From NCBI RefSeq assembly GCF_009914755.1, contig NC_060926.1: 64,000 bases of DNA; one strand, written 5' to 3'. Shown here in pieces: positions 17,003 through 33,329 of this stretch (the first letter of the stretch is position 1; every line of letters begins with the position of its first letter). This stretch comes from the human T2T-CHM13v2.0 reference genome, Homo sapiens. The position numbers and the translations under genes are program-made. The notes under the pieces are model-generated. The model did no database searches. It had not been told where the DNA came from and saw only the letters and a list, made by a program, of their open reading frames with translations.

Positions 17003-17037
<35 letters not shown>

Positions 17038-17041
17038 GCAT

Positions 17042-17087
<46 letters not shown>

Positions 17088-17132
17088 GCTATTGGTTCTT
17101 TAGAACCAATTCCCTGGAGAACCCAGACTAAA
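16665..17132 (+). mobile_element. MLT2 (ERV-L) LTR with internal (CT)n(GT)n microsatellite
   Basis: Runs tatgtgtccactggactgggcca...ctattggttct...ctggagaacccagactaa. Confidence 0.85.
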
Positions 17133-17835
17133 ACACCAACAAAACCTAAGTCATTAACAATTAAGTCATATATTTCCATATGTTCCTCCATGCCTATATA
17201 ATCCTTTACAGACCAAAAAATGGATGATGGCATCTTTACTAAAGGTAAGTTATGAAATTTTTTTTAGAAAAAGGCTATAAAAAGCCCTACCAATTCTAAT
17301 TCTTAAATATATGGTCTTCATTCCCATGTGTCTCCTCCAGGTAGGACCCACCCTCACCTCCTCTGCCTGATGCTGTATCTGCTTCCTGACTTGCCCCCTT
17401 CCCTAAGATCTGGCCTGGCCTCTTCTCCACCCGACAAAGCTCCCACCAACCCCCGCAACACATCTTCTCTGTGCTCCAAAGAACTCTGTCTGTTTTTCAA
17501 ACACTGAATTGTACTTAGCTGCAACTCCTTGTTTCATGTTTTTTATAATAAAACATGAGTGTCACTAGGGCAGGAATGATACTTCTCTCAGTCACCATGG
17601 TGAATAAACACCTAGGACTTGGACTGTCAGATAGGAGGCGCTCACAGAATCTTTGAGCTGAAAAGTCAGCCAGTTGAAACGGTCATACAGCTGCTAAGTA
17701 GTAGTGTTTAAACACAGGTGTGTGGAACTGGGAAGCCAGGGTCCTTCAATAGCCCCACCCACTGCCATCATGTCAATATTTCCCATGGTCCTCCCTGACT
17801 TTCTCTGACCCTGTCCGTCTTTTAAAAGATAGATC

Positions 17836-18142
<307 letters not shown>

Positions 18143-18173
18143 TCTAAGTTTTACAGAAATATATATTAGCACC

Positions 18174-18536
18174 TGTATTAGTCCATTCTCCATTCTCACA
18201 CTGCTGTAAAGATACTACCTGAGACTGGGTAACTTATAAAGAAAGGAGGTTTAATTGACTCACAGTTCTACATGGCTGGGGAGAACTCAGTAAACTGACA
18301 ATCATGATGGAAGGTGAAGGGGAAAAAAGGCACGTCTTACATGGCATTAGGAAAGTAAGAGCAAAAGAGCAAGGAAGTGCCAGAATGAAAACCATCAACT
18401 CTCTTGAGAACTCTCTCACTCTCACAAGAACAACATGGGGAAAACCACCCCCATGATCCAATCACCTCCCCCCAGGCCCCTTCCTCAACATGCGGGGATT
18501 ACAATTCGAGATGAGAGTTGGAGCCAAACCATATCA
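18174..18536 (-). mobile_element. MST (MaLR) solo LTR
   Basis: Runs tgtattagtccattc...gccaaaccatatca, with 5-bp TSD gcacc on both sides. Confidence 0.9.
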
Positions 18537-18835
18537 GCACCCAAAATAAAATGATAGCATTACGTTACCTACTTACAATTCACTGGTAGTTTCTAGGAGT
18601 CTTGAGATATTATGTTTTGCAGATGGGAAAAGGACAAGTGATTCTGGGCTAATTACCCTTCCACCTGACTCAAAATTTATTTAATTGGGAGTAGCTGTTA
18701 TAACTGGCAATTTTCTGTACTTGCACATTGCATTACAAGGCAGCCTTACCTCTGATTTACTGTCTGTGTTAGCCTCAAGTTTCTTTCTGCCCTATATGGA
18801 CTCTTCTGAACTAATGCCAATTGAACTTTCAAATC

Positions 18836-19016
18836 TTTTTCCTTTTTTTTTTCTTTCTTTTTTTTTAGAGATAGGGTCTTGCTCTGTAACCCAGGCTGGA
18901 GTGCAGTGGCACGATCATAGCTCACTGCAGTCTTAAACTCCTAGGCTAAAGCTATCCTCCTACCTCAGCCTCCTGGGTGCTGGGACTACAGGCACACGCC
19001 GCCACGCTTGACTAAC
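18836..19016 (-). mobile_element. Alu right arm/FRAM-like fragment
   Basis: Single antisense Alu monomer. Confidence 0.85.
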
Positions 19017-20289
19017 TGAATCATTTTTGCCAAATACTTAACTCTCCTCTCGGATCTCAGTTGAATCTTCTTTTAATCCCTAAAAAGTCCCCCCAAGGTA
19101 TCTGATATTTGTCATGTCATGCCTAGGCTAGGCAAAAAATATTGTCTACATTTACGAATTGCAATTTCAATTCATGTCCTCAAGACCGTTTTTAAAACTC
19201 ACTAATGAAGTTGCAAATGCTAACACCAATTGTGGTTAACCTGCTTAAAATCCAGAACTTTGTGCAAGAGAAAGAGATTAGTGTTTAAGGAAAATGGTGC
19301 AAATATCAAACTGGATTGCCTTTTTCTGTGTAGCTCACTTGAGATGCACAATGAATGGGAGACATCTTGTTTGGGATGAACCCCAAAAGTTCCTCTCTGT
19401 TTTTTTTTCTATTGATCTATAGAAGTCTATGGATTTCACAATCAAAAAAGTGTATATTACTAAACAATGGGCCCCCAAATTTGATTGAGCAGATGTCAGT
19501 TATTAGACTAATGCTTCTGCCATATTCATTTTGCCTCTTCATTACCCCTCCTGCTCTTCTCTGGATCATTACAAACGTAGTAAGCTTATCCAGCACATCT
19601 CTCATCATTACCCCAGCACTATTTTTTTCTTTTTTACAGACTGTCCAGATACAGAAGAACCTCTCATGATAATTAAGGAAATTACAAACTTGTATTTTTT
19701 CAATATGGGTTTTCACATCTGTAGAAGTATAAGGCAGCACTATAATAAATTCAACATTCCCAGGGCATTGCTTCAGCAATTAACAAAAAAAGAATTCAAT
19801 TTACCATCACATTCTTTGGAGCTGTGTGTATAAGAAAGAGACAGCTTCTCTGCTTCAAATGACATAGAATCTCTTATACAAAAGCACTGGGCATGTTGGA
19901 GTGAATAAAATGTTGGCTTTGGGGGAAGCAAGATAGAATTCAAAGGCTTAGTAATAATGAGTTTTAAAGCACATTTTCCCCATATAACTACAGTGTGAAC
20001 CTCTCACTTAGAAAAAGATTGCAAAATTGCGCCTGTAGTGAATAAGCCCTGCAGACACATTTTTATTTTCAGAACAGAAATTACCCAGAAAACAAGATTT
20101 CACCATGCCTCCCTTTCCACCTCCCCTAAAACATTCATTGTCTATACCTTGGCCAAAATAAAACCAAATAAGTAATACAGCAAATTCCAACAAGTTCAAT
20201 CTTATTGTGTCTTTTCCTTGTTTGACTGGTGTAAACTCTGCCAACTTCCTCTTAGTTTTTGTAAGATACTTTTTGACAGTCTTTTTGTA

Positions 20290-20623
<334 letters not shown>

Positions 20624-20639
20624 TTGTATTTTATTTCTA

Positions 20640-21740
<1,101 letters not shown>

Positions 21741-22356
21741 TTTAAGAGCTCTCTTTTGAGAGGTGGCACTTCTATTCAACATTATACTAGAAGGGCTGAC
21801 TATGCCAGTTAGGCAAGAAAAAGAAATAAAAGACATCCAGATTGGAATGGAATAAGTAAAACTATCAGCATTTGCAGATGGCATGATCTTGTACATAGAA
21901 AATCCAAATGAATCCATGAAAGAAACTATTAGAGCTAATAACAAGTTCTTCAAGGTTGCAGGATACAAGATCAACATACAAAAGCAATTGTACTCCTATA
22001 CATTAGCAATGAACAAACCAAAATTGAAACTAAGAAAACAATTGCATTTACAATAGCATCAAAAAATAAAATATTTAAGAATAAATTTAATGAAAAAAGT
22101 GCAAGGCTTGTACACTACAAACTACAAAACATTAAAACAAATTAAAGAAAATCTAAATAAATGGAAAGCCATTCTATATTCGTGAATTATAAAACTTCAT
22201 ATTGTTAAGATGGCAATACCCTCCAAATTGACCTACATATTCAATACAATCTCTATAAAAATTCTAGCTGCTTTCTTTCTGAAATTGACAAGATAACCTA
22301 AAATTCACATAAAAATGCAAGGGCCCCAGAATACCCAAAACAATCTTGAAAAAGTA

Positions 22357-23230
22357 TGTCAACCTAAAAAAAAAAAGACATCAGAGAAAAATGTCTCCAA
22401 ATATGTTGAATTTGGAGGGGAATAGAAAAGAGGATTACAATCCGTAATACACTATGACAAGTCACAGGTGCACCCAGTGAGGGAAAAGGAGTAAGGGGAA
22501 GTTATTATTAGCAAAAAGAGAGACATTCACATAAACTTCTTGGACACAGAGTTCATTGGTTCTGGTAGCTCAAAGCCAGAGTTGGCATCAGTTCATTGGT
22601 GGAGGGCTTACTGAGCAAGCCTTCTTTCAAGAGCATATTATCAGAATTGTTACAGTCCTAAAGAATGTCTACTGATAAACCACGTGTCATAGAAATATGT
22701 GCACCCGGCCGGGCACGGTGGCTCACGCCTGTAATCCCAGCATTTTGGGAGGCCGAGATGGGCGGATCGCAAGGTCCGAAGATCGAGACCATCCTGGCTA
22801 ACACAGTGAAACCCCATCTCTACTAAAAATACAAAAAATTAGCCAAGCGTAGTGGCAGGCGCCTGTAGTCCTAGCTACTCAGGAGGCTGAGGCGGAGAAT
22901 CGCTTGAACCTGCGAGGCGGAGGTTGCAGTGAGCCGAGATTGTGCCACTGCATTCCAGCCTGGGTGACAGAGCGAGACTCCATCTCACAAAAAGAAAAAG
23001 AAAAAGAAAAGGAAAAAAAAGAAATATGAGCACACATGCAAAACATACAAGCTGCACAAAGCAGATGTGTGAAGGACATGAAGGGATTTCTTCCAGGGTT
23101 TCTAGAAAGTCCTTGGAATAGTTCTTATTTCAGATATGTAAACATGAGCCCCTCTCCTTCACGCCTTCCCAGCACTGTATTGTCTGGATCTGACTAAAGT
23201 GATTTCATCCTCATATCTGCAACTTTCACA
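22357..23230 (-). mobile_element. ERV1-like solo LTR nested in L1, itself carrying an Alu (22707-23023, +)
   Basis: TG...CA ends (tgtcaacc...ttcaca) and 4-bp TSD agta on both sides. L1 is continuous across it. Confidence 0.75.
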
Positions 23231-24377
23231 AGTAGAACAAAGTTGGGGAATTTACACTTCCTGATTTCAAAATTTACTACCAAGCTAGAGTAATTAAGAC
23301 AATGTGGCACCCACATATGGATAAATACATAGATCAACGGAATAGGATGGACGGTCCAGAAATAACCCATACATCTATGGTCAATAGATTTCAGACATGA
23401 CAATTCAAAGGATAAAGAAGAATCTTTTCAGCAGACGTGCTGGAACCATCATATAGTCCCACGCAAAAGAATGAACTTGGACCCTTACCACACCCCGTTA
23501 GCAAAAATTACCTTAAAATGGATGAAAGGCCTAAATATAAGAGCTAAAACTATAAAACTGTTACTCCCCCGACACATACAAAAAAGCATAAATCTTTATA
23601 GCTTTGGATTAGGGAATCGTTTCTTAAATATGACACCTAGAACACAAGCAGCTAGAGAAAAGATTCGGTAAATTGGACTTTGAAATTAAAAACGTTTGTG
23701 CTTCAAAGGACACTATTCCAGAAAGCGAAAAGACGACCCATGGAATGGGAAAAAATATTTGCAATCCATATATCTGAGGATACTTAGAATATATAAAGAA
23801 CTCTCTCAACTTAATAAAAAGACAAATGCCCCAACTAAAGAATCAGCAAAGGATTTAAATAGACATTTCTCCAAATATTATATAATAATGGCCAATCAGA
23901 TATGAAAAGATGCTCGACCTCATTAACCATTAGAGAAGTGCAAATGAAAACCATAAAAAGAGACCACCTCACACCCACTAGGATGACTGAAATTAAAAAG
24001 TTATTCACTGGTGTCGGTGAGGATGTGGAGAACCTGGAACCCTCACTCATTGCTAGTGGGAGTGTAAAATGGCACAGTCACTGTGGAAAGCAGTTTGGCA
24101 GTTTCTTGAAATGTGGAACATAAAGTTACTGCATGACCCAGCAGCACTTCCACTCCTGGGTATACACCCAACGGAACTGAAAACATGGCCACACAAAAAC
24201 TTCCACATGAATGTTTCTATCAGCAGTATTCATAATAGCCAAAAAGTGTAAGGAATCAAACCAAATTTCCATCAACTGATGAACAGATTTAAAAAATGTG
24301 GTATATTCATACAGTGGAGAATTGTCATCCATATAAAGGAATGAAGTCCTGAAACATGCTGCAACATGGAGGTATCT

Positions 24378-25700
24378 TAAATATATATAATTAAAATAAT
24401 ATTATATATATAATATATATAAATTAATTATATAATATATATAAATTATATAATATATAAAAATTAATATATAATATATATAAATTATATAATATATAAA
24501 TTAATTATATAATATATATAAATTATATAATATATAAATTAATTATATAATATATATAAATTATATAATACATATAAATTATATAATACATATAAATTAA
24601 TTATATAATATATAAATTATATAATATATACAAATTATATACTATATTAATTATATATTATATAATTAATTATATAATATATATAAATTATATATTATTA
24701 AATTAATTATATAATATATAAATTATATAATATATAAATTAATTATATAATATATAAATTATATAATATATAAATTAATTATATAATATATAAATTATAT
24801 AATATATAAATTAATTGTATAATATATAAATTAATTATATAATATATGATATATAATTAATAAATAATTATATATTAATTATATAATTAATAAATAAATA
24901 ATAAATATATATAATTAATATATAATATACATCATATATATCACATATAGATTATATAATAGTTATATATTATATAATAAATTATATATAATATATAATA
25001 AATATATATAACATATGTTATATATTACATAATATAGTATAATATATAACATATGTTATATATTACATAATATAGTATAATATATAACATGTTATATATT
25101 ACATAATATAGTATAATATATAACATGTTATATATTACATAATATAGTATAATATATAACATATGTTATATATTACATAATATAGTATAATATATAACAT
25201 ATGTTATATATTACATAATATAGTATAATATATAACATATGTTATATATTACATAATATAGTATAATATATAACATATGTTATATATTACATAATATAGT
25301 ATAATATATAACATATGTTATATATTACATAATATAGTATAATATATAACATGTTATATATTACATAATATAGTATAATATATAACATGTTATATATTAC
25401 ATAATATAGTATAATATATAACATATGCTATATATTACATAATATAGTATAATATATATGTTATATATTACATAATATAGTATAATATATAACATATGTT
25501 ATATATTACATATTATAGTATAATATATATGTTATATATTATATAATATAGTATAATATATAATGTATGTTATATATTATATAATATAGTATAATATATA
25601 TGTTATATATCATATAATATAGTATAATATATATGTTATATATTATATAATATAGTATAATAAATATTATATTATATATAATTTATTTATATTAATATAA
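24378..25700. repeat. AT-rich minisatellite/low-complexity array
   Basis: The first half has tataaattaattatataa-type units. From about 25010 to 25500 there are 36-38-bp units aacatatgttatatattacataatatagtataatatat. Confidence 0.97.
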
Positions 25701-25701
25701 C

Positions 25702-25999
25702 TTTTTTGAGATTTTTTGAGACAGAGTCTCACTCTGTCACCCAGGCTGGAGTGCAGTGGTCTTGGCTCACTGCAACCTCTGCTTCCCAGGTTCAAGCCAT
25801 TCTCATGCCTCAGCCTTCTGAGTAGCTGGGATTACAGGTGTGTGCCACCACAACTGGCTAATTTTTTTTTTCTGCATTTTTAGTAGAGACAGGGTTTCAC
25901 CATGTTGCCCAGGCTGGTCTCAAACTCCTGGCCTCAAGTGATCCACCTGCCTCAGCCTCCCAAAGTGCTGGGATTACAAGTGAGCTATGGCACCCAGCC
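25702..25999 (-). mobile_element. AluS
   Basis: Alu consensus. Confidence 0.95.
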
Positions 26000-28789
26000 T
26001 AGGAATGTTGAAAATATTATGTTAAGAGAAAGAAGCCAGATAAAAAAGTACATAGTGTATGATTCCATTTATACGAAGCATTCAAACTAGGCAATCCAAA
26101 AAGACAAGAAGTAGATTAATGGTTGCCAGAGGCTGCGGGGAGGTAAGAAGGGGAAATGGGAGGCAAGAAGGGGAAATGGGAGGGAAGAATGGGAAAACAG
26201 GAAAAAGGCTTCCTTCGGGATGATGGGAATGTGAAATTATGCAGTGGTGATGGCTGCCCAGCTTTGTGACTATACCAAAGCCACTGAATCGTGCACTGAA
26301 ATGGGTGAATCTCAAGGCATGTATATTACAGCTCTCCCTGTTTAAGCAGCTCTTGCTGCCTCCCTCAGCTCCATGCCCACTTGCACAGGCTGGAAAGAGC
26401 CCTCCTCGTGCAGTGGAGCCCGGAGAAAGAAGAATGAGGGATGTCATGTGCTGCAAACTGCAGGCAAACAAGGACATATTCTCTCAACTCTGTCTCTCTG
26501 GGAGAGAAGATTAAAGCAAGGAAGGCAGCCCAAGCAGACAACAGGCACCAGAGGCAAACTCAGCAGGTGACAGATAAAGAGCCTCTGGAGTCTGGAGGGA
26601 TGGGGTGATGGATCGAGGTAGCCAGCCTGGGAGAAACCCCAGCAGGCCTGAGCCCCTGCCGATGTACCTCACCGTGTGCAGTAAGTGGATTCCTAAAATG
26701 TAAAAAAAAAAAAAAAAAAAATCAATGCACTGATCAAATCCTGCTTAGAATGTGTTTAGAAGAGCCAACAACTGAAAAAGAATCCCACAGTGAAACAGAT
26801 TGTATTATAAATCAGCATCACCCCATGGTTTTTCTGTTGGATGAAGCCAAATTTTTATTGTAGGATTTATGGTATACCCAGCTCCCCCTGGCTTAGCCAT
26901 TTGAGTCAATTAGGAATTGTTCATTGCACTCTGTGTGCCAGGCACTGTGTTTACTCTTCACCCACTCAATATTCCTCACCCTTGGGGCATGCAAGGAGCT
27001 TTTGCACAGGCCCTGGCCTCCAGGAGCTCACTCCTGTACCTAAACTGCCACAAGGCCGGGAGGACAGGGCCAGTCACACTCTGGCTGTGGCAGCAGCTGG
27101 ACACCTCCACATCTATGGAACCCATGACACCAGATGATCAGGAGCACAGACAGCAGGGGCCTCACACTTGCATCCTGGTACATGTGAGATGCAAATGTCC
27201 CCAAGACAACATGGCCTCCCGGGTCACCCCTGAGCTGCTCCCCCAGCTCGGTGCTCAGTGGAGCTGCACAGGGAATCCTGTGGAGGCATGCTTCTGCCCA
27301 AAGGGGGCCACATCACCAGCCCAGAAACGACTCTACCCATTAAAATGAGCAGAGTTTAAATCCCCTCTCTCCCATCACAAAACAGAGAGCAGAGAGCTGC
27401 AGCACTGGGGAACAGAAGGACTAAGTCCTTCCCAGGGTCAGAAACAACCCTGAAGCCTAAGCCATTGAGGAGGGCACCCTCATTTAAAATCAGCTGATAG
27501 AATTTCTGTGCTTAAATTAAACTGCAAGATGTACAAAAGGCACTGGATTCCCAGCAAGAGTGGATGAGCGAAGGAAGCGCAGAACCTGGGTGTCACAGGA
27601 GGAGGAAACATCCGGATCATTCTCTTTCGCCGCCTGCCTGTAGCCACAGTCTCACTGGCCCCTTAGTGAGAAGCGTCAGACGCGTGCCAGGCTCCTCCAG
27701 AGGGTCTGTGGGGTACGGTTAGGTGTCAGCTAGGGAGGCAGCAAAATGAACCGGACCCTGCTGCAGAGGACCAGTTAGCCACTCCCTAAGCTTTGGCCAC
27801 CGTCCTCCCCCTTTCTGCTCACAGGCATGATCTGGAAAGCCTCTCTGCACATCATAGGTGGGTGGCCAATCCCTGTGCATCCCAGGTGTGCGACTTCTTA
27901 TACAAAGTATTCCCCCAGGTCCACAGCATCAGCAGCCCAGGTTGGCGGGCGGGGGGCTCTCCTACCAGGGCTGGCAGGATGCCTCAGCACAAGGGACAGG
28001 AACCCTGGGAAAGTGGCCATAGAACACCAGCAGCCTCTTGTCACACATCATGAAAGGTTCAGAGATGAGGGCGTTGGGGGTGGCTGGGTTCAGGGGGACC
28101 TTTCCACTCTGCTACCTTCAGCAGAGTCACCGAGCCCCTCACCTGTCACCTCGTGGTTCCAATGTGGCTTCTGCGCTTCTGGGCACCACTTGCAGATGTG
28201 ACAATGTCCACTTAAAGAAGGGGGCATTTCCTCCAGTACAGCTCTTTGAATTAGGGAGGGAGCATTTCCTAAAAGGCCCCAGAGACTCCCCATCTGGTCC
28301 CACTGGGCGGAGGAGCTCCCATGCCCAGGCCCTAACTGTAACTGGGGGCTAAGGAGAGTGTCTAAAATGTTCACCTCTGTGACAGGATGTGGGTTCTCCT
28401 GGCCACAAAGAGAAGGGATGGGCAGTTGGGTGGCCAATCCCAGTATGTTCCAGATACGCCACTTCTTGCATAAGAGGTTCAGGAATAAACTCACCATGTG
28501 ATTTCTGTTGAAAGAAGGTCTCGTGCAGCAAAGATGGAACTTTCTCACTGAGATTCTACTAACCTCGTTTTTTAAAAGCTTTAAGTGTGAGCCATTTTCC
28601 AAACTGAGATGGATACATCGGAGCTGCGCCCAAGCAGATCTTCAGCATTGCATTTGCCACACTGTTGCATAACTGTATCTTTCTGCATCTCTCTTCCATG
28701 TTAGCTTGAGCTCCGCAAGGGCAGGGGTAGCGTCTTGACACTGAATTCCAACAGGTGAACTTGCGCCTGATACAGGCAGTTAATCCAGT

Positions 28790-29340
28790 CTTGGTTTTTG
28801 AGCACCATCTATTACCAGGCACTGTTCCAGGTAGTGCATAAAACAAATGACCTGCTTTCACAGAGCTTACCTTTTAGTGGATGGAGATAAATAGGACAGA
28901 TAAACAGGTGTACATGCAAGTATATACATGCAGAATGTCAGCTGATGGGTGATAAGTGCTGCAAAGGAATAAAAGGCAGGATGAGGGGCTAGAGGTTGAT
29001 GAAGAAAGCTGCTGTCTCAGCTGGATCACTGGGAAAAACTCTCAAGAGGTGACATTGTGCCAGCGACCTGAATGCAGTGAGGGAGCCATGTGGGCTTGTT
29101 GAAAAAGAGAATTCCAGGCAGAGGAACAGCAGGTGCAAAGGCACTATGGCAGAAGTCTGCCTGAAATGTTCAAAGGCAGCACGAAGGCCAGTGTGCCTGG
29201 AGAAGCATGAATGGGGGAGGCGGTAGGAAATAAGGCCAGAGGGGACGTCAGGGCCACAGTCAGAATGTAGGCTTTACTGATGAACATGGATGTCATTGTC
29301 CACTTTTGAGTGAAGGAGAAGCATAATTCAACCTGCATTT
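28790..29340 (-). mobile_element. L2 remnant
   Basis: Motifs gagcaccatctatt...ccaggcactgttc, aggcagaggaacagcaggtgcaaaggc. Confidence 0.75.
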
Positions 29341-29342
29341 AC

Positions 29343-29655
<313 letters not shown>

Positions 29656-29657
29656 TA

Positions 29658-30227
<570 letters not shown>

Positions 30228-30262
30228 TCACCATAAAGTGGGGATCATAACATTACCTTCCT

Positions 30263-30600
30263 CGGTGGTTCTCCAAGTGAGGCCTTGGCCAGCAGCATCG
30301 GCATCACCCGAGAACTTACTGGAAATACAAATCCTCAAGCCCCAGCACAGACCTGCCATTTCAGAAACCCAGGGGGTAGAGCTGCCAGACAAACTACAGG
30401 TCATCCGCTAAATTTGAATTTCAGACAGATGATTAATATTATCCACGCAATATTTTGGTCATGCTTATATTAAATGATAATTCATTATCTGAAATTCAAA
30501 TTTAATCGGATGTCCTGAATGTTTGTTAAGTTTGGCAGCCCTGTCTGGGGGCACCCTGCAATCTGCATTTTAAAGGGTCCTCCAGGTGATGCTGGTGGCT
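30263..30600. mobile_element. hAT MITEs: MER5A-like element interrupted by a MER33-like element (~30378-30543)
   Basis: gtggttctccaagtg...cagcatcggcatcacc and aatctgcattttaa...caggtgatgctg flank an element with inverted aaatttgaatttcaga / tctgaaattcaaattt. Confidence 0.7.
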
Positions 30601-32079
30601 GCATCACGTGGAGGTTTCAGAGCATGGACCCTCCTCGTGGGTGGTGCTGGAGGCCTCCGAGCTTAGCACAGTGCCTGGCTTGCGACCAGTGCTGGAAGTG
30701 GCCACCATTCCACCGAGCACTCACCGATGCCAGGGAACTGAGTGCCTTGGCGGAGGCCCACCGGGGGTGTGGTCTCTTCTCCAGGAAGGTTCTTATTCTG
30801 CATGGGTTGATTTTCAAAGTACACCAACTTGATTACCTGAAATCATCCTACTCCCTCCCTCTGATGGGCATAGGAAGCGAGTACCCATCCTCCCTGTGGC
30901 TCAGGAGTTTGAAATTTCTCTAATTGAGTAACCAAGAAGGAATGAAGTCTAAAATCTAGCTGACTCATGACACTGCAGAGAGAGTAGGTTTCTGCTTCTG
31001 GATTGCTCTGGTCAGTTTTGCTGAGCACTTGGACTGACGGGGCCTAAAGGAGTCACTCTTGTAAATGTTAACTCAGTGGTCAGAACAGAAGGCTGAGGTG
31101 TTTTTGTGAAGACAGCGAGGAAAACACACTTCCTGGCTTCCCTGGAAATAACAGACACGTATGTCCTAATTATTTATTAAATGAATGAATAATTTGTGTT
31201 CATCCTATCATCACCCAACCCATTGGTGTCAAAGAATGATGCCAACCTGTTATATCAATAGAGTTAGAAATTTTATGTGAAATCATCATCCTGAGTAACT
31301 GTCAGGAATATCTGAAAAATACTAATTATCATGTTAGATTGGCCCTGGGAGATAAACACGGAACTTAAGAATCTAGTAATGTACAGAGCTCACCCCAGCC
31401 TCACTCACAAACAAATACCTTCTCAAGATGCCACCGTGTCCTCAGAACTCGATGTGTTCACACACGTGGCTTGTTCCCTAGTAGCAACTTCACATTCAAG
31501 CAGAATTCAAGCAGAGGCCTGAAATTAAAACGTCTCCATTTTTCTTTAACCAAATGGTAGTTCTAATTATAGCATTCAGACTGGCGTGCATGTTTATTTG
31601 CTCATCTCTCGCTTTATTAAGAGTTAGTGCATTGTACCTTAAAAATGGGTGACAAATTATTACAATGTGTTCTGGGCTGTCGATGATTAGAACAGGTGGT
31701 TAAGGAGGCTTGGGGTGTTATCCATTTCTATAATTATGTCATCGTGTTACATTTAATGTTCGTGACCAGGACGCAGGGAATGCAACCTTCAGTCTCAATC
31801 CCATCGGAAAAGGAAGCAGTCTCTTCCATGGAAGCACGTGGCCTCCTGAAAACCCTGAAGGGCAGGTGCTGGGAGCCCCCAGTTCTGGTCCTCGTGCTGC
31901 CCTAACTGGCTGGTGACCCCAGAGAAGCCATTGCAAACCTGGCCAACTCCTCTTTCGTGAGCCTTTATCTGTCTTCCTAATTTAGCAAATAACAGTGCTC
32001 AATAAATATAGTGTCAAATATAGTGTGTCAATATAAAGTGTGTCAAATAAAGTGTGTCAATAAACAAAGTAATTGATGA

Positions 32080-32532
<453 letters not shown>

Positions 32533-33329
32533 TAGCCTGGTCAGAATTTTCTTTTCTGACAGCATGCCTCCTATTAGGTGGCCTCACAGGGATAATATCC
32601 CTGTTACAGAAGCACAGAATTCAAATCCTGCACCCCTTGTGTAAGGCACGGCTGCATGAACTAAAGAAAATTACTACATCTCCCAGAGCCTCAGTTTGCC
32701 TACTTGTCAAATGGGATACAATAACATTTACTGGCCATGGCTGCTGGGAAAATTAAGTGAGGTGACGCATGCAGAGCACACGGTGGCAGTAGGTGCTCAA
32801 CAGATGATGGTCCTCAGGATTCAGCTGGTGCCCTTCCCATTCTTCACCTAGTCAATGGTTGTTGAGTTCACTCAAAGCCATCAGACATCCACAGTCCGTC
32901 TGGCCTGGCCTTTCCTGCTATGTCATGGCACACAGAGAGCCCATTGTCATTGTCACACCCAACTGTCCTTGTTTCTTTGTCACAATGTCCATCATCCCCT
33001 GGCTAGTGCTTGGGCAGAAATGGTGGCTCTCTTGCCAGCCTAGTGCCCCTGGCACTGACATGGCAGCTGACGTTCCGTCCCCCAAGTCGCATCCCCCCAT
33101 CAGCTCAGTGGCACACTTCTCCCCAGTAGGGCTTCAAGGAAGAATCTGGAAAGGCTCTTGTCTGAAACTCAGGAGAAATTCTCTTGGCGCTGGAAAAGCC
33201 CAGTGCTGCTCAAAATCATGCGCCTTTCCTTTCCTGGGGAGGAGCACCCACTTCTGCAGAAAGTCCTGGAGCCGCAGGGTCCTCAAAGGACCTCTTCTTG
33301 CAAGAGCCAGTTCACGCTCCAGCCTTGGC

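Larger units (their letters stand above)
21770..26330 (+). mobile_element. L1MB-like ORF2/3' end with nested LTR, Alus and AT-rich array
   Basis: L1 ORF2 remnants (FADGMILYIENP; MNLDPYHTP; [17 protein letters not shown]). The L1 sequence resumes after each nested insertion. Confidence 0.9.

Noticed and set aside
26702-26721. Orphan A20 run as a retrocopy tail
   Set aside because: No upstream polyA signal, TSD or recognisable parent sequence.
31998-32066. ~14-bp tandem repeat (aaataaagtgtgtc-like, x4)
   Set aside because: Ordinary slippage at an L2/MIR-like tail; no further structure.
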